DNA of 59,437 nucleotides, counting the filler, from Sphacelaria rigidula (taxonomy: Eukaryota): NCBI GenBank assembly GCA_964200075.2. It is 7 parts of 7 records of this genome, joined end to end, with 100 filler letters (N's around TTAATTAATTAA, not from the genome) between each part and the next. Parts side by side here need not be neighbours in the genome. Positions count along the whole stretch, not along the records: positions 8,507 to 16,912 come from CAXNAA020011254.1; positions 17,013 to 25,417 come from CAXNAA020011255.1; 5 more parts are not named here. The stretch is one strand, 5' to 3'. The notes under the pieces were generated by a model. It searched no databases. It was not told the DNA's origin and saw nothing but the letters and a program-made list of their open reading frames with translations. This document shows, piece by piece, positions 12,516 to 25,100 of the stretch (positions are counted from its first letter, which is position 1; the number at the start of each line of letters is the position of its first letter). Both the position numbers and the translations under genes were made by a program.

Positions 12516-13499
12516 TGTTGCTGTTGCTGTTGCCGTGTTCAGGGGCATTGACACTGGTGCTAATGTAGTCGGCGGTACACCGAGGTAGGGCTGCACGTGC
12601 GTGAATAACCCTTTCAAGTCCTCCACGAACTCGTGGAAGGAATCTTGGAAAAGTAGCCTTCACGAACGTTCATCAGATTTTGTTGTGTTGTGTTGTGTTG
12701 AGTCGTGTCGGCGTTTACGTTTGTACGGATTCGATCCGAATACCGTACATGGGTAATCAGGCAGGCAGGCAAGCATTTTAGGACCCAGATAGATAGGCAC
12801 ATGAAAGGAAGAATCAGCGGTTGCAGATAGACCAAAATCATTTATTACACAGATGTGTCTACTCGACTCTTCTTTGCCGTGTCCCAGGACGTGCGTACCT
12901 TAAGACGTACGCCTGCACTTCCGGGCGGGATAGGTTAGGAAGAGGGGTTTCCAGAGCATCCATAGTTCGCTGATCGTTTCCGCTAACGAACAGAGTGTCG
13001 GGTAAGTCATCCATACCCCGAACGTTGACACCTATAAGTACACTCCGTGCAGGCGAGCCGACGACAAAAATACAGGTGCGGCGGTTAAAAACGTGTATAC
13101 TCTGTCGAAAAGAGAGCGAGAGATGAGGGGACGGGGGGACAGCGAGTGTGTGTGCGAAAGACAAAAAGAGAAAGGGGCAGAGCCACAGAGAAAGACAGGG
13201 GGTTGATGAAAAACAAAATCCCACGAGTTTGGAAGACGCAACTCTCCTACTGTACTGGATCTCGTTTTGAATGTCCCGGTGCTGACTCTAAAGAATTTGG
13301 ACCCGTACAGACAGCTTCTCGTCGAAACTCACGGTCCTCGCGTGCACTATATTTGACACGATCCCTCTTCGGGGAGCATAATAATCCCTTGTGCAATCGT
13401 ATACCTCGACGATGCAGCGCCCAGCACAACTCGGCAGCGCTTTTCCCGCAGTCGGCGATGACGGCGAACTTTGTCACCGGTGGTCCGTTAAGGGCGAAC
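9414..13499 (-). CDS. Bromodomain-containing protein (C-terminal bromodomain after a long RGG/low-complexity region), 5'-partial, multi-exon
   Basis: Phase-compatible GT-AG exons 13499-13405, 13031-12899, 12657-11248, 10959-10901, 10356-10227, 9465-9414 splice to ...VLKKMWSSVYMHRASAIFSVGVNPDFAPGYLDVVKHPIDLTTIRDRLDYDTHYNSKSMLYDDLVLMCKNAMLYNRPDTAYYSAAQELLHFIESTMGGD*. This has the bromodomain hallmarks (Y..V.K.P.DL.TI, conserved NA..YN). A further upstream exon at 15374-15292 is tentative. Confidence 0.85.
12481..12532 (+). repeat. (GCT)n/(GTTGCT)n coding microsatellite encoding TATATATA-poly-Ala on the minus strand
   Basis: Directly visible tract inside the 1410-bp exon. Confidence 0.85.
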
Positions 13500-13920
13500 C
13501 TGTCACATCATTCCATCTTGTCATGAGCCATCCACCAAAGGTTCAGCGTTATAGCGCAAGGAGCGCAGGAGCAAAGCGCAAGCATGCAAGCACGCAAGGT
13601 CCGACACGCTAGGCACCGCAAAACGGCGCACATCGATTGAAAGCGAAGTTGCAACCATTTAGTTACCACCACCTGAGCAATCAGCAACCTTGATTGCGTA
13701 TCTACAGCCTCGGGACGGCGTTTCATATACCCAGCTGATCAGCAGAAAGAAACGTGGGAGACAGGAGTGAAAACGGGGAGCAGCGACCCGATAAATCGAG
13801 CAACCGCTTGAGTGAGCACTTGTAGATCAGGTGGGGTTCTACGACTATTACTCGTCACGATATTAATCCCTACTGATCCGGGGAACACGGGATTAACAAG
13901 ACGGAACAAGTGCGTGCTTC

Positions 13921-14530
13921 TCAGGGATACCACTGCCTCATACGTGCACTAGGGGCCCTTCCACGGGAAAAAAAGCACAACGGGAATATTTTACTTGGGG
14001 TGTGGAGATTTACGACACCTACGACTCGGTCACTGCGGCGAAGAACATGGCCAAATGGCACCCTGGAGTCGAGGCAGGGGTGGAAGAGTTCGAGGACACG
14101 TGACGACGCGAAGACGAACGCCAATCGGACCTCCGCCACAAACAAGAAGCTGCTGCGTCGAGAGCCGTCAATCGGAGGGCTGCCACCGCCAACACAACAA
14201 CAGCAGCAGCTCACGAGGAATCCAGGATTGAAATGACCGAGAGAATGGCTCGCTTTGTACCCGACTAGCGATGAATGGGGGAAGATGGGCTAACACGGAA
14301 ACTGATGTGCTTCTATCCTTCCTTTTTGCTATCGGTTGTTGATTTTGTCCTTGGTTTTGTCCTTGGTCGGTGGTCTCGTGGTATTCCCTGGTTTGTGTGT
14401 TTGTACCTGCTCTACAGTACCGTGCCCTTGGGCTTCATCGATTATGTCCTTTCCCTCTCCGTTATCTCTATCTCTCTCCCTCTCCCCATGTATCTCTCTA
14501 TGTGTGTTCTATCCTCCCATATCACAGTTT
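13921..14530 (+). mobile_element. 5'-truncated RTE-like LINE 3' end, in an intron or upstream region of the bromodomain gene
   Basis: Matches 1898-2240 (CAGG.GATA.C...CGTGCACTAGGGGC.CTTCCACG; CGCTT.GT.CC.GAC.AG). Its 3' UTR also matches ~30770-31060 on the minus strand. Confidence 0.8.
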
Positions 14531-15475
14531 GGTGCCTCGCTTCCGTAGGGTTCATAGGTGAGAGATCATACCCGAAAACGTGTGGCCGAATTAGATAAAC
14601 CGTAATCTGTCCCCACGGCCTTTTTATGTTTATATCAATCGGGTATGAAAGGGTGTGCTGTTGCCCAAGACCGTTTCCGCCTGAAGCCACGTTGCAGAGG
14701 CTGGCCATTTTGTTTTTCTTCCTTTGCCGTTGCTCTGTGTGTTCACTTCTCCATTTTTTCATTCTACTCATTTTGTGTCTGTTCCACCCTTCTGTGTTGT
14801 TCACTTTTCCTTCAGCGAGTGCTCCCGCTTCGTTTCATCTCGCGTACGTCTATCATGCGACCACGGCTGGATCCATGGTTGATCATTTAATGTGCGGCAG
14901 TCCATCAAAAATCAAAATCCATCATGCACGAAGTACGCGGACAATGGATATCTCTTGTGCTCGTTGCGGCGTCGCCGGCATTCCTATATCCACGGTATAA
15001 ACAAATAAGCAGACAGGCGAAGACAGCGAAGCATTATTTCACATCCCGCCGAGAAGGAACCCTACAGCCGTTTGCCCGAGTACCGTTCCAGAAGTACGCC
15101 GACGGTGGAGAAAACACTAGATAGGTGCAGCGTTTACACGACGTCTTTACCGTGTACTCCGACTTTCGAAGTCTGTCTATCTCAGGTAAGAACCAGGATG
15201 CTAGCAAACATCAGTAGTGCGTAGACTCTCTCATCCACCATTCCTTCCATTCCGTCCTTCGAACAGCTTCGAGTAACGACCACAAACTCGCCTGATGATG
15301 CTCTGTCCATCCGCGGCCGCGACAAAGGCTGCACTCCGAAGGACTCCGGACTCATTGCCTACCTCCACCCGTTCCTAGTGATGATTTTGGCAAAAGTGTT
15401 GAACAAACATACACCGAGTAACGACTCTCCAAGTGACCGCAGCATCATCGGTTTTGGTTCTTCCCCTGGGAAGAC

Positions 15476-15573
15476 GGTACTGTACTGTAGTGTCTTCCCA
15501 GGGGGGCGTACTGATTTTTCAGGCAAGCAACAAATGAGTACGCCCCCCTGGGAAGACACTACAGTACAGTACC
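15476..15573. repeat. Perfect 37-bp inverted repeat with a 24-nt loop
   Basis: GGTACTGTACTGTAGTGTCTTCCCAGGGGGGCGTACT (15476-15512) is the exact reverse complement of 15537-15573. Confidence 0.95.
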
Positions 15574-16852
15574 CAAATACGTTGCGCTAGAGGTTGGCCA
15601 TATTTTGGTCGAACTGCTTCACGTTGGGAATCGCGACACATGTCACCTATTGTTCTCATCTTGGCGTCAGCAACATGCACAACAATGTTCAGAACATATG
15701 AGAAAGTCTCGATTTTTGTGCTAAATTGACCCATCAATGTCGCCAATACTCCGTATACAACATGCTTGCATGGTGAGAAATGATGACATCGCCAGGATGG
15801 CCAATTCAAGCGCGTGGCGCACTCTGGGGTAGATGTACGTGCTGTACAATCGTACCCGACCTACAGCGTGTCACGCTTCACTGCTGCTTGCGGTGTATAC
15901 ACCCCGGCGACACGTTCTTATTTCTTCCACTGGGGTCAGACTGCACACGGCAAGCCATCAGGCACAGTGTCCATCACCCTTTGGGCTACGTGCTGCTAGA
16001 TGGGCCCAACCACAGCTTTGCTCGGGGAGCACAAAGATTGGCTACCCCTCGTTTTTCATTTTCTTAACATACCATTATTGCGTGCACGAGTATCATCCAC
16101 GACTCTTTACATCTATGCCTGCACCGTCCGACAGATCACGCAGGCAACAACATAGATGTGCCGTTACTATGACATGCGCACGGCGGCCTACTGTAGTGCC
16201 CGCCGTAAGATCTCGAGATTATTTCCAACAAGCGAAATTGATTTGCAATTATCCCTATGAGTCGCTTCAACATCATATTTTTCTCGGAAAAACAAACAAA
16301 CACATCTTTAGCCTACAAATCACAATCGGTTATTTGCGAACTTGCACTTGCGGCCATGCGGGCATGCAACGTACAGGACACAACGCATCCTTCGGTGGAC
16401 CATTTAAATGTAAAATTTAGCGCGAGGTGCACAACATGGCGTTTTCGTGGTGACTCGCAGGTTTGGACGTGCGGTCGTTGCTAACCCATCGCTCCCGTGT
16501 AGCGCGCATAGGGTATTATTATTCGTCTTTGAGGTTACTCGTATACCCCATGGTGATGATCTCACCGCTTCCGTACAGAGGGTCAGTCAGGTGAACTTTT
16601 GATGAGTTGTAACAAGACACTGGACCTCCCGAGTGATGCCGCGATAGTCCGCCCCAGAAAGTGGCTGGTTTCAGGAGGCAAAACCCACATGCGGTTATAA
16701 ATGGCAAAGGTCGAGCACAGCAAGCAGCTGGAAACTCCCACGCTTGGGACCGTTTTGACCGATGTCGCCCATTTGAGGCGCCTCATGCAGTCTGAAATCC
16801 GCTGTCATGCCTTGTATGATCATTTCCTTCGTGACAGTTGTCATGCTGGTTT

Positions 16853-16912
16853 GGGGGGCGTACTCATTTGTTGCTTGCCTTAGTCGTTTGACCATTGACC
16901 ACGCATCCCTTT
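16853..16912 (+). repeat. Dispersed repeat terminus GGGGCGTACTCATTTGTTG...TAGTCGTTTGACCATTGACCACG; copies at 26031-26090 and 33846-33891
   Basis: Three recognisable copies, plus a fragment inside the 15476-15573 hairpin. Confidence 0.8.
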
Positions 16913-17012
16913 NNNNNNNNNNNNNNNNNNNNNNNNNNNNNNNNNNNNNNNNNNNNTTAATTAATTAANNNNNNNNNNNNNNNNNNNNNNNNNNNNNNNN
17001 NNNNNNNNNNNN

Positions 17013-20000
17013 CACTTCCAGAGACAGCCACGGCTTTTACACTGCCTCATGGGTGTCTAACCACAAGACGATGGGGGTAGGGGCAAAAGAGGGGACATAT
17101 AGAGGAGAGAACTAGAGCAAAAACGAAGGCCGAAACGTGAAGAAGGAACCTAAAGCGAAAGACCGAGCACAACATACACGCACAGGGCCACAGCCAGGAA
17201 ACAACGCTTAAGGCGGAAGTCAGGGAAATAAGTCAACAACCGATAGGACCAGACAGGAGTTTATCAGTTTCCGTGCTACACCCGCCTTCCCCGCTCATGC
17301 TCAGTGACGTTGTTTCGACAATTTTCTAAATGGATTCCTCGCGGGCTGCTGTTTTTGTTATAATTTCAGTGATGGCGGCTCCCCTGGCTGCGGCCATCAG
17401 CGGAGCAGCCTCTTCCTTGTGACGCAGGCCGGATTGGCGGAGGTCTCCCTGTCGCCACGCCTCGTCGGGCTCCGCCGTCCCTTCCTCGACTCCCAGGTGT
17501 CATATGCCCATCTTCTTAGCGGAAGCAACCGAATGTTCCGATTCTGTTATCTTCATATCGTAGACGACGTATTTCGTCTGCTCTCCTTTACGTGGGACAG
17601 CGCCTACGGCACGCAGACTCTCACGGGGGCGATCCCGGCAGTGTTTGGGAAGCCGGCCAACCTCCCTCGGTCGTTGTGTGGTCAACAATCTGAACATGAT
17701 GCATTTCTGGACACATGGCTCGTCCTGTCAGCCACAGACCCCGGAGAACCAAAGTTGGTGCTTACGGATGATCCTCTCGACATGATCGCATCATTATATT
17801 TCGAGCACAGCCCCGTACGAGTCATGTGTCCACTGCGATCCTTCCTGCGAAAGCCTTCCGCTCGCAGCAAGAACTAGTAGTTGTCCGTGCGCAGGCTTTC
17901 GAAGGTTTCGAAGGAGAACCTCTGGGCGCAATGCCCATGTAAAGCACCCGAAGGGCATAAATTCTACGGCCTCCGCTTCATGACGCCGGAGTTTGAACGA
18001 CCTGAGCGTTGGGCCGATCGTAACCCATGTAAAGCACTCGAAGGGCATAACTTCTACGGCCTCCGCTTCAAGACGCCGGAGTTTGAACGACCTCAGCGTT
18101 CGGCCGTTCGTAAAAAAAAACTATACTTGTGGAGGTGTGACCAAGCAGGGCTGATGCGCCGCCAAATTTCGACAGTAATCGCGCCTACGCTGACAGCACC
18201 ATCAATATCGAGAAATTCGGCCGTCTACTTACATCAGTGGCCTGCCGCCTTGGTTTGCAATTTCGCATCTGGGGAGCTCGGAACTTGCCCAGATTTGTAT
18301 TTTTCTGATACCGTGAGTGCTGATAACGTGAGTGCGGACTCCTGGCAGACCACATCACAGCCATCACAGAAAGCTCATCTGGACCTTGGGTCTATGCTGG
18401 TGCCATCCGTGCACAGTATCCTCGCTCGCTGCAACCACTTCAGCGGCGTCTCTTCCAGGGAATCACATCCTCACTTTTTGGCACACTGTCCATGTACACG
18501 AAGTCTGAGATGATGGCCTGATCTACCGCGAAACGCTGTACGATCACATGGACCAGTGCCAGCGCCATGGAGGAACAACGTGGGAGAAACCTATCTTTGC
18601 CCCGAGTCCACACCAGACATGAATTGACTCTGACAGTTCTCCACCATCCTGCAGTATCTGAGCTCGCACGCGATCATGGGACGCACGAATGACTTTGATA
18701 ATCCGACGTAGGAATCCGGAACGATCATGTACTCACGATGGGAGCACGTGGTCTACCGACTCGTACGCCTTCTGCAAGTCGATGAAGCACATGTCAAATG
18801 TGATATCGCTCGCGCGTTTCAACTCCTGAAGTCGGTGTACCAAAAACATAATGCCCGTGGTCGGTTGTTTGCGACAGAACCCACACGGTTATTTCGGGGA
18901 AATCGCTGCTCCCTCGCAAAATCTGCCATGTCGGTCGGCTGCGATTTTGATAATTTCATCAGCATGAGCCACAAAAGCCATAACCTGATACAGTAGTGGT
19001 CCCGATATAGTGCCTGTTGAATAGTGCCGGGGTCCCGGTATAGGGCCGGTAATTCTGCTGGGCCGGACGGAGCCCGGTATAGTGCCAATACAGGCACTAT
19101 ATCGGTAGATCCTCATATAGTGCCGATTTGGGGTGCGTAGGTGAGTGAATAGTGCCGGTTTCCACAGAAAATGACTCTCCAACAAACACTAAAAACGCAC
19201 AGCTACAGACGTGGGCACACAGGCAGACGCCTCTGCCCCTACCAGCGATACCCCTACAGCGGTACCAGTCCACCAGGAGGAGCGCGCGATGCCATGTGCA
19301 GCGGGAAAAGACTGCAAGTTACCAGGCCTCACCCCAGGACCCTCGACGGGTCATGGATGCCGTGGAGGGTGCGGTGGTCGGTTCCATGGCATTTGTGGTT
19401 CACTGGAAGCGGAGGTTGTCAACGAAATGTATCGTGTATGCCCGCCCTTTTCCATCTGCAAAAAGCAAAGATGGCGATGATCGAAGCGTATGTCTCGCAG
19501 CCATCCCAGCAGACAGACTTGAGAGCTTTTTGTGAGAGGGTCTGATATGCAGGGGGGTGCTAAGGATTCCGTAGAGCACAGATTTTCGCGGTTCGGTTCC
19601 GCAGCAGTAGCGGTGCGTGCTCTTGGATGCTCTTGCTTCCGAAGCAGCAACCGGTTTTATTTCAAGAGCAGGTGGTTGAGTGTGTCGTTTTTCTGTAGAA
19701 TCCATCCGCAACCAAATCTGCGTGTGTATGGGATGCGCGGACTTTGTTTTTCGTGGAGTGACAGCAACAGCACATGCGAGAGAGCGGTTTACGCGTGAAT
19801 ATCTGTCTTTTCTGTAGAGAGTGTGGTTCGTGGAGCCAACCAATGTAGGCTGGGTACGTTCTGCAGTGACGTGAGAATGTCAACAAGAGGATTTCGTTGT
19901 TGTGTTGAGTTTTCTCGAACTTACTTTTTTCACTCGATGCGTGCTCGATATCTTTTTCAGCTGCACCGCCGAATGATTGTGCGAGTCAAGTGCAGGCGCT

Positions 20001-22160
20001 AGAAGGGTGGTCCGAACGACAACCAGGGTCTTCGGAATACTGTATTGTACAACACGACAAGGCCAACTGGATCGAACCAAAAAGTTTCGTGAGTCATACG
20101 CATGCCGTGATCCTAACGAACACACACGCGTCTGATGCTCTACGGCATCATCCTAACCAAACCTGCTACTCATGTGGTGTCTGTGGGTGAAGATGGCCCA
20201 TTCTTTACGCGTGTATGCACACTATAACTCAACGTTTTCGTGTAAAGTGCCGATACCGGCACAACAGAGGAATCCCGGCGCCTATATAGGGCCGCTAGTG
20301 GCACTATATAGGGTAAAAACTGTATAGTGCCGCGGCCCGCTAGAGTGCTGGTGAATCCGTCTGGGCCGTACCGGCACTATATCGGGATCACTACTGTTGT
20401 TACAACACTCGGTACTATCCGTATATATTCGTGTAGCAGATTGATAGCGAAGTCTTTCAGCTCCTGCGGCACTTCTCCAGACGTCCAAACAGCAATAACG
20501 ATGCTGTGGAAGTGATGTAGGATCTCCAGAGGCTTCGTGAACAATCCAAGCCTGAGGAGTTCAGCATCTAGCCCATCCGATCCCATCGCTTTCCCGGTAG
20601 CCATAGTTCTCAGTGCCTCTTCTGGTTTACCTAGGACGGAGTGTCAAGACTCCAAGTGACACAACTTTCAGACACGTTTCCGATGAGGGCACGATTGACA
20701 GTTGTCAGTGCTTCATTTAGCAAGGTAGAGGCACATTGTTTGTCTTTGTCCAGCTTCCTTCCGACCAATCTCCGCGCCCCTTCAGATGCCCATACCATTC
20801 TTGCCTCATACTCCTGTGTATCCCTCTAGTTTCTTCCCATACACAGACAGGTGTCTGCCCACCCAGCTTGGATCACCTCTTGGAGCCTCCTGCACGATAC
20901 TCGCAAGGTGCCTCACGAGGGGCTGCTTCTCAGCCCTACTCGTACCGCCAACCTCGCCCTCTCCTGCACATTCCAGACCTATCCGAACTCGGCTCAAATC
21001 GAAGCATCCTCGAACCACCTTTTCTCATGGGGCTTTTGAGTCGAACACAGCATCACTGCGGCGGCGGATCCCAGGGACTTCTTGGCAAAATGTTCAGCCA
21101 ATTCACCGACAGTATATTGGGGTTTGCCCACTTCGAGCTCGCTCATGATGGACTGGCTATGTGAGTTGCTCACGTCTGTCAGTGTCAGATGTCATTGCTC
21201 GCCTACTAATGGATTTGCGCCCGGTGCGGGGTCGGTGTCAGTTGTGTGCGTATGAACCAAAGAGCCATTCTATGGAGCAGACAATATTGTGATCTGGGTC
21301 CGGCGCGTTGGGCGTGTAGAAGAAGATGACACGTTGAAGAAACCGGCCGTAGGTTTACCATGTGGGGATGTAATCAACACGTGCGGGGTGGCTCGCCATA
21401 CTGTTTCACGTACGGGACGTGCCCCTGGTGGAGGCAGGAAGGAAACAGATGGACCAGGGCAAGCCTGCTCTAACCTACAAGCACTCAGTAGTGCAATGCC
21501 ATTGCTGTAGCTTGCCTGGGACTCCCTGCCGTATGCCGCTACCATTTCACGTTCTTTCTCTCCCGTCCGTACCCCAGTCCAAGATCATCATTGTTGAGGC
21601 CTTGATTCACACTGCTGTCCAACTCAGCCCAGAACATGTCCGTCTCGTCCCATGAGTTCGGTACCTTGAATGAAAGGGCACAGGCAACTCTAAACGTGGC
21701 AATGTTCCATTTGTTTGCCGAGTTACAGGTTATGGACATGAGGTCGTCGCTGATGAACACCCGTGCCCACGTGGCCTTGATAACGATATATCCCTTGACC
21801 ACCAACACCACCTCATGTGATTCAACCATTCCCTTGCCCCCTTTCGTGACACAGAAGACGCGCTATCTCGCTGCAACGAATCCAGTTCGGCCCTGTCTCG
21901 TTGTCGCCTGCACTCCAATGACGTCACAACCTACCGCTCTGCGCTTTTACAAAACCATCTTAGCATGGCTAGCCCTGTTCTGCTCCATGAGGAATAATAT
22001 ACGTGTTGCATCGCAACTGACAATACGCAGGCTCGCCAGCAGTTCATGTCGCTCGCCGCCGTACGTGGGGTTGGGTCATTTGTTTGCTAGTCGTGCTTGG
22101 TTCACCCCGCACAATCACCCCCAGTCGGGCGCCGGCCGGTGGTGGAGGAAAACAGCTATA
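17013..22160 (-). mobile_element. Near full-length degenerate RTE-like LINE (AP endonuclease + RT), interrupted by a TIR element
   Basis: Endonuclease-like segments at ~21600-21930 (DVIGVQ.T.RQGRT.F; KATWARVFISDDLMS). RT start KAMGSDGLDAELLRLGL...HFHSIVIAVW at 20400-20600. MCFIDLQKAYESVD at ~18750-18795. C-terminal part to ~17400, homologous to 66-2341. A ~90-bp internal tandem duplication lies at ~17935-18110. Confidence 0.85.
18991..20396. mobile_element. Non-autonomous DNA transposon with 24-bp TIRs and subterminal TATAGTGCC repeats, nested in the LINE
   Basis: Left TIR CAGTAGTGGTCCCGATATAGTGCC; right TIR (reverse complement) CAGTAGTGATCCCGATATAGTGCC. The LINE RT motif (consensus ECGNYRG) is split exactly at these ends. 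Contains a Cys/His-rich ORF at 19211-19480. Confidence 0.88.
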
Positions 22161-25100
22161 TAGAAGGTCAAAACATCAACGAAGCTTCGGTGATTTCAGG
22201 TAGGGAACGGTGAGTGACCTGGTGAGTCTCACACGAAGGACAGGACCTGAATATATGATGTGTGTATTCATCGAGTATGGGGTATCATCAGGGCACTCGT
22301 CGCCTTACATGGGCCGTCGCGATCCCCCGTGCGTATGCGACCCACAGACCTGACGCTCCGCCATTTTTGCACAGTATGGATTTTGTTTGCAGAAGAGCAT
22401 GCCTCGAATAAACTCGAAAACGTGAAGCAGATCTTGGCCGGAAACTGGTAATTGAGATCCCCTGAGGTCTGCAATCGACAACTATTTTTCGTTTTTTCGG
22501 TCATTTTCGCAAACAACAGAGTTTTCCTTATGCTTCTCGCATGTGTCATGAGATGATGGTACGATACTCGGGGGGAATATATACTGGTATATACATACAC
22601 GATTCGTTAGCGAAAATGTAGATACCCCAGCATTCACATCAGCAAGTTATTGGTCACGTGGTGCTTTTCAAGTCAATCGAACTACGTATCAGGCGTGTTT
22701 GAGGCTCGGAGTATGATGGCACTTCGTCATTGATCAATAGTATGACACGTCGATAGGGTTTATTTCGTTTTCGTTTCTCGTTTTTTTTCGCCATCATCCT
22801 TTTGTACACCTCCGGTTCGTTCGCCTTAATACCATGACTGGGTTACCAGCGGATTAGTAAAGGGAAAATCGAAAATGAGTTAACCAATCAAGTCGTTGGA
22901 TGGGCGTGGTTTCCATCTCACCGTTTGACTCCACCAAGGGAGGAAGCAATCAAGGTATCTCCGCCTCTGCGCAGACCGTCTCTGCCCACCTCCGTCAGAA
23001 TCAACCCGAATGCCCTGTACCAGTAGCTGAGCAACACAAGAAAAAAAAATAGAGACCAGCAAAAGAACAATGCGCGGACGGGGATTGTAATGATGACCGC
23101 CCTCCAGCTTCTTCTCCAAAAATGGAATCAGTCCAAGCGGTAGAACGACAAACTGGAAGTCAATACACAGTCGTGTGGCTCTGTGAATGGGCAAATCAAG
23201 CTTCCTGCTTTTCGGGGCTTCGACATTTTCGAGTGTGGCTCCCCAGTGTCAAGTGGTGTTTTGTGAGGACACGAGTTAGCTATCACAAAACAACAATTAA
23301 AAGACCGAAACCACAAACCTGTCCTTGCGGCCACGCTTGGTTGGCTGCATCACGGTGAGATACGCCCAAGTTGATCCTCCATGACTCGGCGGTTGGATGC
23401 TGAAAGACCTGTGGCAGATGTTGAAGATACAACACGCGTACGATGTGAAGAGCGCTCTTGTTTTCAATGGGTCGTGGAAAATAATGCTGGTACTGAGGGC
23501 AAAAATACTCGAAATATGGTACATGCATTGTACGCCTGGCAGGACACTGGAGGCGGAAGTAAGGAGGAAGAAAAAAATAACACATACTCCCTCGTGGAGA
23601 GGAGATTGCAGCAACGCGGGCACAGACGACAATATACTATTTCCATCACGTGGCGTCTACATTCGAACTCTAGGCCATCTGCATTTATATATGTCATGTG
23701 TTGATGGGAAAATTATCTTCATTTGTAGTACGAGCGCATACTTCGTAGGGTCTCGAGTCATGAAAAGAAGTTGCTTATCTGTATTGCACAGGTGAGTGTC
23801 GCCGTGCTTACGGCAATATCGTATGCTTTGAGCTCACTCACCGGCAAAAATCTGGTTTCGGTAAGCTCCCCGACGCGATAGAGGTGTGGGTCCACCCGCG
23901 TCGAGCTTTACAGACATCCACGAGCTGGAAGCGAGTCATAAAGTCTTGCCGGCACAATAGAAGTGAGCAAGACACGATGTGTGCGAACGGGTGCGCCGAA
24001 AAAATGTCAAACGTTCGTTCAAATGAACTCTTTAAAAATATTCGCTTGTACTAAACTGGACGCATGTACGCAGAGGTCTACACCAGAGTAAACCCATCAC
24101 ACCAATACCACCACGGGATGTGCATCTCCGTCCCGTGCACTTTCCATGCGTTTGCTGTGTATAGCAGCAACCACCTTGTGTGCCATCCTCAAGCGCGCAG
24201 ATCACAATACAAAAAACCAACGCCGAAAGCTCGAAACGAAACGATGACAACGAAATATGCGCTCGTCACCCTGCCATGTCATCCAAAAAGTGCCATCGTT
24301 CTTCTTGCTCCAGCCGAGCACTTCGCGAACGCTGTCGCTCCACCGGTCCGACTTGTCTGACCACTCGCCATTCCACTCAGTCTTCCCCCTGTTCACGCAC
24401 ATAGCAACAGTGAAGGGACAATTCTGGCTGGTGGCTACGTATCGCCGACTGTATCACCGGCACCAATCACCACCACTCCAGAACGAATTGGCATCTATGA
24501 GGCAGGAGATCGATCAAAACCGGGTCGAAGGGAAGCTCAATCATTGCTGTGGGCCGCACTTGGACCAAATGCCGCCGTAGGCGATGTGCACACGTGGCAT
24601 CCAAAGGAAAACGGACCAAATGCAAGAAGTCTTTGGCAACAGTAGAGCTTTTATAATGGTGATGGGCCAACTTTGGCAACATGAGGAAATCTTCGAGTTG
24701 GGTCAAACCCATGAATTCTCACCAGGGGTTTCGAACTCTCAGCAACCGAAGCGGCTGCCCAGGCCCGCCTCCATCTCGTTGTCTAGCCTTCGCTGCAGCA
24801 GCAGTAGCGCTGCCCAGTCCTGCCCAGTCCTTCATCGTCGGTTGTCGTGCCCCGAGAACACCCAAGGGAAGTTCTCGGACCTACAACAAAGTGGTGATGA
24901 GCTGGTCGCTCTGCGTGACAGGTGCTTCTTGCGTCGTGCACTTGGTTTGCATGTTACCTCGACTGATTGAACACTTGAAGCGGTTTTGAAGTGCAGACTA
25001 CAAAACGTGGCGCTAGCTGAGTTGATCCCTACAGTGTGCACAGGTTCATCTTACGGTATTTTTCATAACCTCTTCGCTGCTTCTCTTTTGCCGATCCGCT

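Noticed and set aside
11282-12588. Several long plus-strand ORFs (e.g. 11407-12045, 11660-12268)
   Set aside because: Antisense shadows of the GC-rich low-complexity bromodomain exon.
18991-19160. CRISPR-like short repeats with spacers
   Set aside because: Repeats are ~9 bp, irregularly spaced and subterminal to a TIR element in a eukaryotic context; no cas genes.
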